Shown: piece after piece, positions 13,026-25,200 of the stretch
How positions within the stretch are numbered: the stretch's first letter is position 1
How the letters are laid out: every line of letters begins with the position of its first letter
Source: Perkinsus chesapeaki ATCC PRA-425
Taxonomy: Eukaryota; Protista; Perkinsozoa
Reading direction: 5' to 3'
Length of the DNA: 53,583 nucleotides
Assembly (NCBI GenBank): GCA_013115145.1
Contig: JAAPAO010000201.1
Span: 1-53,583, forward strand
Program-made: the position numbers and the translations under genes
Notes under the pieces: generated by a model
Database searches by the model: none
Seen by the model: only the letters and a program-made list of their open reading frames with translations
What the model was told of the DNA's origin: nothing

Positions 13026-14280
13026 AACATCCACCAACGCGGCCATTGGAAGGGAAGTTCTTGAAGCTCCACAGCAGCTATTGCATGAACCAGGCTTTCA
13101 AGTGTGAATATTTCATGGGTTTCCTTTAGATTGCTGGTTTTGTTGAGAAAGATAGCAGCATTTGCGAGATACTAGCGTGTCCGACACGCCGTGTCGATAT
13201 CTGCTGAGTGGATCCACTGTCAGTGCCGGCACTGCTGTCACGACTTGACAGAAGCAATACCTCTTGTGCGGGGAACCTGATAGCAGGAGGGCTCATTCTA
13301 CATTCCAAGTTGCTACTCAGTGTCGGCAACACCATGATGGTCCATTTATGGGGCTAGTTCAAGGACGAACGTGTTGTGATTCATTGATATGTGGGAACAA
13401 ACTCGGAGACCTCCTCGTGGTGTTCCTGGAAACGCATATCGAGTCAGACTTTTTTCTAGTACTATGGGGGGTTTTTTGATTATCTCCATCCATGTTGTCT
13501 AATATAAGTTCTGATGATGTAAAGTATAGTTTCATCAGTAAAAGTTTGAGGAGATAGTCTATGGAAGCGTCACAGAGTTGATGATAACATAGAACTTCTG
13601 TGACAACCACTCAAACCTCCATACATCTGGAATAGCGTTGGTTGATAATGAATCCACATTGTGGATTCCACAAGGAAGGAGTTGAATGAATCACATCGAA
13701 TATAGACTCAACCTGTATTTTTGAACATTCAGGCAACCGCTCTGGATGCCATTGTTCCTAGCTACCATCAAAATGATGCAATCACGTCCCGCCTACCATA
13801 CTATATAAATGAATGTAGCCAAGACACAGTGCAGTTGGGAGACAATAAGGAGGTGCATAAACTTTAAGTCACGTCCATTGAACTTCGTCTAGGACGCGCA
13901 TTACGGCACGGAGAGTCACGGCATGAGATACATAATTGCAGTTCTCCGTGAGGAGGTCCCTCGCAGGTCCCGATCCATTCCTAAGTAGTCACAAATATTG
14001 TGTGGTGCACTGCATAGACTTCCCCGTGACGGAAATTTACTGACTCAACTCGAGTTTCTTGCTGACAAAAGTATGTCTCCTGTGCTGGTAGCACGGCATA
14101 CCTCGAGAAGCGTATGAGTGGCAGAAAATGGTTGGCCTCATATCATATGAAGTTGAGAATAGTTATCTTATCCTTACACACGCTGATACAAAAACGAGCG
14201 ATGGATAACAGCAACTTGCCAGATTTATGCATATCGTTATAGGACAGCTCATCGCAAGTAGCCTTGTGTTCGCACCAAAA

Positions 14281-14448
14281 TTAGTTTGGCACACACCCTT
14301 TTATGCAGCCCAACGCAACGGGGCTAACGCATTCACAAGATTGACCTGGCGGACACTCCTTGCAGTCGGGGAAAATAGCAGGAAAGCCGTTGACCAACTG
14401 TAGCAGGCAAATGATGAAGGTTATGACCAGAGATATAGCGCGATTCAT
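14281..14448 (-). CDS. Small secreted cysteine-rich peptide (55-aa precursor, about 34-aa mature, 6 Cys)
   Basis: Internal ATG at 14448 of the track ORF 14281..14595 gives MNRAISLVITFIICLLQLVNG|FPAIFPDCKECPPGQSCECVSPVALGCIKGCVPN. This is a classic signal peptide plus C-x2-C-x5-C-x-C-x7-C-x3-C. A pyrimidine tract and AG (ctcctcttctgccag) lie 7 nt upstream of the ATG. Confidence 0.7.
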   Translation of the reverse strand: MNRAISLVITFIICLLQLVNGFPAIFPDCKECPPGQSCECVSPVALGCIKGCVPN

Positions 14449-16240
14449 TGTTAAGCTGGCAGAAGAGGAGTGTTGTACGTGGCGAAGCTGATGGCGAGCT
14501 ACCATGAGAGACCACAGGGAATGTGACGCTCGATGTTCCATTTCCACCTCACACGCGTCTCCCTTAACACCATCTGCCCGAGAGTGCACTGCCAATACAG
14601 TATTGAATGTTCGGATGCGCTAGGATCCCGATATCAGAGCAGTCTCCTAATTCATGTAATGGCAGTTCACTTAGCTCCCTATCGGCCACTTATCTGCAAG
14701 TGCCAGGGACTCGGCTGTGTTAAGCCGGTTGCTGATTATTGGGGGAAACGCGTCACAGGGACCCTCAATGCTGAGGCTGGCACTTAGGCTTTGTACCATG
14801 TACCATATATTGTGACTTTGCATGTATGCTGCATGTGATACTTGGAGTGTTGCTTACCCAGAACCAGGCAGCGGAAACGACAATGCGCTGTGCCCACCGA
14901 CATCGTGTCGGTGCCATAACGGTGCTCTCTCCCGAAATATCAATTTTGGCCAGCGTCACGCCTCAGCTCAACGGTACAATCGATTCTCGATCCTTTGATG
15001 AGGATCCTTGCGGATGAGGTCTGTGCGGGCCTACAGTTTGCGCCAGCAATAACCTCTAGTTGGGGTGAACGGCTCTCCCCGCACACTAGCACCACACAGA
15101 ACAGCGCCCTCCGCACCAAGGTCGCCTGAAGGCTTCTAGGCCGTCATTTCCCCCTATTAATTTATTTACATGATGCAGCATCATTGATGCTGCAATAGCG
15201 ACATTACAACTATTACAAGATCACTTTAGCATCAGGTAATTCCTAACTTAGAGAGCACTCACATATGGGTTGATCTATCGCTTTATCGTCGAGGCAACAT
15301 ATGATATGTGTATGCGTGCAAGTTCGGTCGCCCGTAAGTCATGGGCGCCATAATAGATTATTGTTTAGAAAGCTTCAGACCAACTACAAGCTAACAGTTT
15401 TCCTCCACTCGAACCAAAGTATCGAGCTGACAAACAAATATACCGCATATTAGAGCAGTAACTGTGCTATCGCCCGAAACACTTTCCTGCCCAACCTTCG
15501 CTAAACGAGGAAACTAGGTGGCAGCACGTTAAAGAAATGTCTGCGAAAGTGTCAGAAGGGTACGGCTGATAACTGGTCAATAAAGTAGTCTCACTGAAGA
15601 GATCGTGATACTTTGAAGTACCCCGAACAATCCGCTCATACCTAATGCGTTATCCTTTGCTCAGCACGCATGTACAAATATGTGACGCCATCGGTGACAC
15701 GGCGCACAACAGTATAACAGTAATAGGCTATTACTAATACCAGAGCGAGAACATCGGAAACCATGTATCGCTCTTTAGGATCTGAGTGATTAGTGGGAAA
15801 GAGCGGATAACGCCATACTGATGGTAGTAGCATTGCTACAGTACCAAGGCGCGCCATGGGCAGATGGGGCGTGCGCGGAAAACAACTAAAGTGCGCATCT
15901 TCATTGGCGCGCGCCAAGAAAATAATTTTTTATATTCGAATGAAGTTGCCGGCTTTGTCCAACTGTTTGTTCTCGCTACGCTGCATGAGCAGGGCGGGGG
16001 TAATATAGCAGGTCTTGTTGTAAACTCAATGATTGTACACAACGATTTAGTTATTTGTCGCTTTGCCTGGGGTTGTTCCTTTGAGGATAATAATGCCGGA
16101 TGGAACGAACTTGCATCTCGCTGCACGTGTTTTCCCACCTTCAGAAGGAACCTGAGTCTGTTGACTTGTCAATTGATAATGAGACCGGTCAATGCCATGA
16201 AGATCCAAGTGGCTAAAGTGGAGGTTTAGTCCAATCGAAC

Positions 16241-19200
16241 ATGTTCGCTTGTCAGTCGCTTCCTCTTTCGTTTCTTATGATAATATCTGAAATCCCCGAA
16301 GTCTCCCATTTCTCCACTGAAAGTCCCAATTCACCACGACGGCATCGCCGCGAATCTAAGCTGTCTGATATCCGTATCGTTCGACACCTCGATATTGCTT
16401 CGCATTCTCTCTATAGAGAGTCAGAGGTCCCACTGGATGAACCGTTATTCGAGCCCAGTCCACCTGTCATCAGGGTAGCTGCCCGTCACGGCTTAATACC
16501 TTCTTTCATCCATTTGCTCAGTTTACGCACTACCATGGCATGGACAAGCTTAGTGTAACCCTGTCATTGCGGAACAAAGATACCGTCTCCAGGCGAGTAC
16601 AGGTCCTTCCGCCGCAAGTAGAGCATTTCACAGTACGACAAACGGCGTTGCTACACGGTGGAGCGCTGCTCTCAGGTAACGCGCAAGACAGGGAAGGACC
16701 GATATGACCTAGTGGCCCCCGGCATGGAGGTTTCTTTTCTAATTAAGTTCCATCCTAGTGCGCGAGCTGACTACTGTCATGATCTTGAAGTTGTCACGGA
16801 GAGGGAGGTGTTTGCGGTGCCGATACGTGCATTTGCAGGAGTACCGAAGCTGGACGTTCCCAGACGGATTGATTTTGGAAAAGTCAGTTGCTTGCTCGTC
16901 TGCGCGGAGTTAAGGCCGTCAATAGGTTCCCGTGAAGTACGGAGAATCGCGGGTTGCCTATGTACGTAACGTCGGTGATGTAGCCGCGCAGTATTCAGTT
17001 CACTGTACGAGCGAGCACATGCTGCAAGGTGGGCTATCATGGCAAACGAGGATATCGTAGCTCTTATGATTAAGAAATGAACTATAGTGGCTTTTATATG
17101 GTATACGAGGTATCTCGACCTATGTGTACTATTGCCTTGCAAAGATATAGATCGCTAATCATATAAGTACAACCAAATATGTGATAAGTCCGGATAAGTG
17201 AGCGCGACGTACTTATGCGACTTACTAAGGCATAATACAGCGTGAACCCCTCAACATTGAAATAGAGAGTTACATGACCTGCCGCTGGTTACTGAGTGTG
17301 ATAACCTAAAGCTTGGTAGCACAACACTATAATACGTAATTGATAGGCATGTCTAAGTCGATGGTCGGACGACAATAAATATTGGTATTGATGGAAGATG
17401 ATATGTCCTCTCTTATTAATTCGTGTACCTTTGCCGTACCAGTGTTTTATCATTATATTGCAGCTCCATATCATACTTATCAGGTTCTATTGACGATGCT
17501 GTTTATTGCATATCGGGGGCAACTGGTCTGCTAGAGGCAGGTCAGGGTGCTCAGATAGAGCTAGCTTTCAAGCCCATGACACTCGAGCACTACTTTCGAA
17601 CTGTTACCATACGGTGGGTTCTACGTAGTGCTAATCGTAGGATATCCAACAGCAGGTACTTCAATCCCGGTGAGACGAACCTGTCCTTGCCTGGAGATGT
17701 CCAACATCATAGCGGTACTCGAACAGCCACCATTGAATGTGAAGGTCGGGGAGTGACCGCAGATATCAGATTTAGTGCGAGAAACCTACAAATGGATAAA
17801 ACTTACATCGCTCTGAGTAACACTCTTGGTGAGGCTTTATACGACTAGCTGGAATAATGAAAGCATATCAGCGTAACACTACGGCAACATTGTGTCACTT
17901 GGCCTCAGCTACAAGATAGCAACAGCCGTCTGAACATTCGTTGCTTTCTTATCAAACAATGAAGCTTTGGCCAGTCGTTGAATTCACAGATGCCACACTT
18001 CTGTGGGTCTGCTTGACAGTAAAGCAAGTTTGATATGCTCGACGCTGCATCGTTCGTCATACGTAGTTGATGGTGCCAAAAGTTGGTCTTGATAAGGTAC
18101 CCGTAAGAGCTTTATCATAACCAACAATTCGGACGTCATCGTGGAACTATCCTGGCGAGCATTCTCGAGTGATGCCATGGACGCAGAGGAGAAGGAAAAA
18201 TTACTTGTCCAGCTGGGCCGAGAGCAAGCAGAGGAGCAGCTTTACACACTCACACTCTGCAGCACTGCAGAAGGCCAACAAGGTACGAAGCTGACGCCCG
18301 GTCGATTAGCGACGAATCCGACCGTTAGGGTATTCCTCCACGATGACGCAGGACGACTTTCCACCGGCCATTCGTAACATCATAGACAACATTACGGACT
18401 TTGGGACAGAGGAGTTCGCCGGTCGACTGAGTCCGAGTGTTAGCAGCAGCACAGGCAGCGAGAGCGAGGCGGGCTCGGAGGCGATGAAACACTCTCGTAT
18501 GGAGAGCTTAGCCATGCGAGCGTTGGATACGAAGTGAGCCGTTACGTTCGGAGTTAGGTGGACTTGTGGTTGAAAGATACCAGAACATCAGCAGGCAGAT
18601 AGCCGCGGATCCGCTCTATTTTTACGATGATGCTTTCACGATCGAGCCGGTTATCACCACCATTTATCCGGGAGCTTCGAGGACGATAACGGTGGGTTTT
18701 CCGCGGATGTCGCTTGCGTGCACTTCTCCGCGGCTTTAGGTTACCTTTAGTCCCTCAGCGGCACTTCGCTACAGTTGTCTTGCTTACTGTAGCATCGTCG
18801 GTTGTGTGGAGCGGATACCTATCACGTTGAATGGCGTCGGTATCGGGCCCAAGGCGGCCTTCTCTTATGATGACCTCGACGTTGGCCAGGTGGCTTGGCT
18901 TTGATGTTGATTCCTACCGGATTAAACCCCTCTATTAGGTCTATGTTGAATCCGAACACCAGTACGAAGTCACTCTCTACAACCAAGGAGAGATAGCCGC
19001 CCATTTCGAGCTTATGCCCAACAATTCCATATTCGGTTCCAGGTGAGCTTGTCAGAAAAGGAAGTATCTTTCGTACGCTCTCTGTGTGAATCGAATTGTG
19101 TCTCGCTCATGGACCATATTTCCCTTATTCATTACTCCCCTCGTGGTCTTCCGGTCTGTACTAGATTCCGTCTTTAGGTTTACCTTTGAGCCAAACATTG

Positions 19201-22200
19201 GAGAAATGCCAGTCGGGGAGAGTGTTAAAATAGTCGGTAACTTTACGCCGAAGGAGATCGGCGAATTCCACGAGGTATCGGAATATCATATCCCTGCCTC
19301 AATCTTCCTGCAAATGGTTCTCAGGTCTTCCACTGGCAACTTGCTGGATCTTTGACGACCCTTCCGATTGTGTTCAAGGGACAGAGCATCGCCCCCAGCT
19401 TCACCTTCGACGTCGATTCCATCGATTTCGGCTTGGTCTCGGTCGGTTTCTTGAACACTAAGGGCATCATCTTAACAAACACGTAAGGAATATGGGGATA
19501 GAATGGCATTAAGTTCATTAAGGACTTATGGACTTCAGTCCATAAAGTTGAATCACGACCTTCAGCTTTGTGCGAGCAGGCTCCCGCACAGATCGAAAAA
19601 AGCTTTATCTCCTCGTCTTTGAAAGTGGCGCCAGAAACCCGCTCTGTATGACAGGTCAGCCCCGCCCAACTCGGTGGAGGCTGCGAACGTAGAAATTGTT
19701 TATGTATCTTTTAGCTCATAGTATGTTATATGAATATCGGTAGTTCAGTTATTTAGGCTGCAGACTCTGGCATCTTAGTTGGTATTAAATCTTCCTGACC
19801 TGCTTGTAAGTCTTCCCTACTTGGGGAATGTAGTTCCCCGAATTCTGCCAGTTGGCTCACTAGGCCGGAGGTTTCCCTAGTATCCCTTTTCAGATCTGAT
19901 GTCGCTATTAGCTTTATCCTACGCGTCCCTGCCGATGGGCGTCTTGCGAAGAAGGAGTTCGATTTAGTACCTAGTCGCGGCTCATTACAGCCCAAAGCAA
20001 GCCAACGAATTCAAGTACGTGACGAACCGGCTAACTTCACCGTTAAATGTGCTCAGGTTGATTTCATACCCGAGAGCATCAAAGCTTATGAGCTCAGCCT
20101 GGTGGTGGATTTGGAGGGTGTCGGCCAAGAACTGCTCTCCATACCGATATCGGTCAGTGTTAGCTCGGCGCTCCAACGTTCTTTCCACTCTCAAATAGCA
20201 ATGGCGAACTTTTATGCAAATTTGGCTTCAGCGCATTCTTCGTAATCTTTCAAGCTCCGAACCGTTTCCAATATTAACCGAAGTCCTACCGTATTACGTG
20301 ACTGGAATAGACTGGAGCTTTATGCACCAATATTATTAGGGTATCGTCGATCATTTTTGGGCAGTATGACGGCCCTCCTTTCCTTAGTTGATACTGTGAG
20401 CCGGCTGCTTGTTAAAGAACGGCTGGATAGGTGAATCGAACTCGTTGTTGATGGCATAGTCTCTCCACTGGGTGCCGAATCTTCGACTCCTATCAGGCCG
20501 AGTGTGGCGTGCCATCTGTGTCCTTCGAGCCCGTGGAAGCCCTGTCCTTCGGCGAAGTGTTTATACGGTACCCTTTCCACAAGTGTCTGGTCATCCATAA
20601 TACCTCATCCTTGCCTGCCAAGTTTGAGATTCTCACTCATAAGAGCGGTAACGCTCCGCCTGGTAGCCTAAGTTTGGCGACCACCAAACGAGACGAGTTC
20701 CTTAGGGGATCCTAATTCGATAGTCGCCGATGTGGAGCCAGACCAGCCGCACGGCAGAGTTCCGGCAGCCAGCAGCCATGTGGTCACGCTAACCCTGCAC
20801 GCTAGGCGACCCGGACCTGTGAAGATACCAGTGTAGCCTTTTGAACGGAGCGGCGGGACTGGTAGTCGATTTTCAGATACATCAAAGTAGCTGGGCACAA
20901 TGTGCCGTACCCGATCACACTAGAGGCGCAGGCGGTAGGACCGAAGGTTTTCGCGGAGCCAAAGACGATCGATTGGGGAGCCATCAAGTGCTTGGATGTA
21001 AGAGATTTGGCAGCGACCATCGGAGATCCTGATAGGTTTTGACGAAGACGATTAAGCTGACAAACGACTGTTGCATACCCGCACGCGTTAGAGCATTGAT
21101 GAAGACACGAGGGTCTCCATGGAGGATTCCGCAGAAGGTGGTCGCGCTGGAGCCTCAGGAAACTTACTACCTCACGGTCAAGTGAGCTACTCAGAGACGA
21201 GCTGACCTCGGAAATATCTTGTCAGGCTGCGACCAGAAGAGGCGCAGAAATACGCAGATGTTATGTATCTGATGGTCGAGGAAGGCGATGACTTGGCTGT
21301 GGATTTCAAGTAGGGTATCTGGAATTTCGTGGCGCGTGAGAATAACTTGCAGGTGTCGAGGAACGGATACTCCAGTTGTTTGTGATGACGATGTGAAAGT
21401 TGTCGATTTTGGTACGCAGTACACCACTCAAAAGGTGACGAAGGACATCGTCCTGAAGAATTTCGGGAGGAAACCGAGGACGATCACTTGGCTGGTGAGC
21501 TTTGGGAATGCGGAATAAATGGCATCATACACGTATCTGATACGTGAAAGCTTGCTGTGAATGATTCTTGGGAGATTCGAGGCCTGGGCTGTAAGCTGTC
21601 AAGGCTTCCTCGGTCTGCTGTCTGTCGAGGCACTTGGCGGTGCCTACAAGCATGGTGCCATCCCGTCCGAGGCCTCTCTGCGGTCTCATTGGCAGCATCT
21701 AACTATCGGGTTAAGCTTGACAGTCGACCTTAAAGAAGCAAGATTCCCTCGTCCACCTGGATGCTACCCACTTAGGTTAGCAAAGAAGCAGCCAGAGAGA
21801 AAGCGTTGAAACAACTCGGCAAGGACGGTGCCAAGCCAAACAAGGCTAAGCTCCCGGCTGTACCTTATACAGTAAGGACCGATACTAACAACCGACTTGA
21901 ATGAGCTGGTCAGATTCACCCAGTGTCTGCCACGCTGAAGAGCGGCACAGGCTACCGATTTACCATTACGGCCTGCAGTGAGGTCTCTGGGCTGGTAGAG
22001 GACGTCGTTGAGTGTATCGAGTGCATTGGGGCGAGCAAGAAAGGAAAGACTATCTACCAGTCTACGTTCAAGGTAGGTCCCATCACGCAGGCATCTGGAG
22101 CTCCTTCATTGCCAGAGTAGCTTCGTGGCTCCCCTGCTGCGGATGTCCGAGAAGACTGTGACCTTCCGCTACATGTGGAGTGCTGATGAAGGGGGCAAGG

Positions 22201-25200
22201 CACCTGTTATGACGAGGCCGTTGGAGATCACTAATATCTCACCGTTGCCGATTACCTTCTCCTTGAAGGTGCCAGCGCCCTTCGCCGTCAGGTAGATCGG
22301 CTCCGTGTTCTATTGCGAAGCTTCTAAGTAGGATACCAACAGCAGAAGTGTCCGAGGGCGCGAAAGTGGAGGGCGATTCTATCACTTTGGGGTCGAAGGC
22401 CCGAGCTACGGTGGAGGTGGACTTTGATCCTTCCTTCAAGATTGATCGGCAGTGCGGTACAGCGAACCGAAAGATCCATGTGAGAACTGAGGGGTGGGTG
22501 TGGCTGACTGGCTCCACTTAGATCACATACGCCGACCACCCTCAGAAGGATCATGTGGAGGCAGTGGGAGAAGTTGTGTTCCCTAATTTATCATTCGACA
22601 AGGCCGAGCTGGACTTCGGCGCGGTCCTCAATTATACGGTGTCGGAGACTTGTGTGAAGGTAGGAACTCAGCAGTCTGCGGCCGTATTCAGCCACAGCGA
22701 CGTCCCGCCTCTCAGTATTCCTCTCGCAGCAGTATTTTCTTGAGTACCGCGGAAGTGGCAAATTTGGTGTCATTGTTCTGTTGTCCATTAGGTTACAAAT
22801 ACCTCCGATTTGCCATCTGATTATAGATGGGAGTTCATCTTATTGAAGAAAGATTCCAAGAAGGTGAGCTTGATGCTTCCTCTTGATCCATTAGTGATGC
22901 CTTCTGTTCAGCGCAAGGCCATCCTACCGAACGTGGCGTTTGATATCGAACCAATTTGCGGCACTATTGCTGCTCAGTCTTCGGAGATGATGACATTCCG
23001 GTTTAACGGTGTGCCAGATCGGCTATGCGAAGCACTGGCAAGGTTAGTTTACGCTGCGGTCCTCGAAAAAGTTGTCACCTCGACTTGGTAACGCATGCTT
23101 CGACTATCCTTTTCCTCGTTCGCCCTGCACCTGTACCGTCTGAGAAAGGCTCCTCTCCCGTTCTTGTTTAAAGGGAATATGTGCACCAGCTGGAGCTGTT
23201 CCTTCGATAGATGCACTGTGGCTGGTGGGCCTTGCTATGACATACGGCTTCGTGGCCGCGCTGCAGAGATGGCCTTCCGCGTGGACAAGACGAGCCTTGA
23301 CTTCGGCAGCATGCAGTTCGACACCTCGGCCGACAGAGAGATTATGCTATTCAACAAGTGCTGTGTGCCAGTCTTCTTTGAAGTAGACCTCCGCGGCCTC
23401 AATCGGAAGGTTGTCGCTGTCACCCCCAATAAGGGAGTGATTGCTGGAGATGGCAAGGAGAGACTCGTGGTCAAGTTCTCGCCGGGTAAGCGGGATCATC
23501 GCTGCAGCTCTTGAGCACTACGAGGCTGCCGGCATCGATACTGGAAGGTCCAGTCTGATGTCCTCCCCTAGGAATAACTTCGGACATCTGTTGACCCGGT
23601 CACCAGAATTCCCGACCGAGTCCAAAGAGAATACAAATAATTCTTCGTCAATTCCGGTTCTTATCCGACGCTGGAGACTCTGGTAAAAGCTTCTCGAAAG
23701 GTGGCTATCAATGATCTGGAAATCGTAGACCTAGGTGGCATTCGTGCATGCTCCTTTTACGAATGGTTGGTGTGTCAGGTATTCCCTCAGAAGTCTCCGA
23801 AAGGTTCTTGATTCGGGTCTCCCATCTGCCTCCAGTTGCCATCAGTGTTAACGGATTGGGAGTTTATCCCGCGGTAGTGCTCAACTTGCCACGTACAAAT
23901 GCGGAAGAGCATGCCCGAAGGATGGAAGAGATGGCCGAGAGGATACCTATCGAGGTAGGCTGTCGACCATTTCGAGTCCGTAGGGAGCCATACAGCTCGG
24001 CATATGTTGTCTGAAGCTACTACAGTATACGTTGCTATTTCATCCGTAATATGAAAACTATAAGCGATTCGTTCCAACAGGCGAGGGTCCAATGTACAGT
24101 AACTTGCGGATCAGATGCCGCAAGCGAGTCCAACGTCTAGAGGTCCATCACGTCGAGCAAGCATCAGAAGCAATACAGGGTTCCGCGACCGCATGGGAAG
24201 CGTAGTCTTCTCGGACCGCGCCGATACCCCGGATTCCGTCGGACCTAAGAGCTCACCTGCAGCGGCTATGGCTGCGGTGAAGCGGGCTGCCACTTTGGTA
24301 TCGCTAATGAGCCGCAAAGGGTCTGTCTATGATATGGCGGGTGTGGCACCACCTCATACCGTAACGCCCTTCACGAACCATACATTGAGGTACCCCCAGA
24401 TGAAAGTAACCTAGAGGAGCTTCCGGCTCATAGGTGTACAGTGGAGATCGACCGAGCGAGCCTTTGTGATGCCCTGATCGCCGCTGAGAGGCAATCCGCC
24501 TCGGCACTTCCCATGACGCCTAGCAACCGTAAGAAGGCTCGCCAGGTAGGCAGGACTTACATCGTACTTTTATTGGTGGCTTCAGCTGACGTCGATGACG
24601 GTTGCCGGGACATATTTCTGCGACTTCGGAGATATCGTTCTGGGTCAGAGCAGGCGGCAGCCGTTCACGGTGTACAACTGCCACTCGACGGAGATCATGC
24701 TGTCGATTAGCCGGAAGGAGCTAATGGAGGAAGGCTTTGTGGTGACGCCTGAGCAGGTGAACGCTAATGCGACTCTGAGAATGTTCGGCAGTGGTTTTGT
24801 TAGGTCGGTATAATCCCCCCGGGCGGCTCGCTGCAAATGTCTATTATAGCGGAGCTCCCGAAGGATGCAGATGAGGGGACGCGCGAGCTGGTATGGGAGC
24901 TTCCGATACAGAACGGCCCGAGGTAAGCAGCCTTTGCCTTGGCTTTACAAAACCCGATTTTGTGGAACCCAAGAATGTGAACTTTTTTGCCAATCAAAAA
25001 ATATAACATCGTGAACTGGGCAGGAGATGACATCGATGCTGAACTTAGTGAGACCTTAGAAGCTAGCAGCGTGAAACATGGCCACTCTTCGAGTGTTGGT
25101 GTTATTAAGCCCCCCGAGGTACGCTATACACCTGAGAGCTCGCCACGAAATTCCCGAACTGTCTCTACCCGTCGACCATGTGGATTTCGGCGAAGTCATT

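Noticed and set aside
12590-13140. Minus-strand ORF (…ELQELPFQWPRWWMFH…) as a convergent gene
   Set aside because: It largely overlaps the last exons of the + strand Ig/coiled-coil gene, has no ATG or recognisable domain, and is treated as an antisense shadow.
14533-14787. Plus-strand CKCQGLGCVK resembling the peptide's CEC...LGCIK
   Set aside because: No signal peptide and the Cys spacing is not conserved; probably coincidence.
15642-16229. Overlapping ORFs of 91, 100 and 121 aa upstream of HYDIN
   Set aside because: They overlap on opposite strands, show no domain, and give no consistent splice model.
17005-17016. Possible non-canonical GC splice donor in HYDIN
   Set aside because: A canonical GT donor at 17005 gives the same phase, so a GC donor is not needed.
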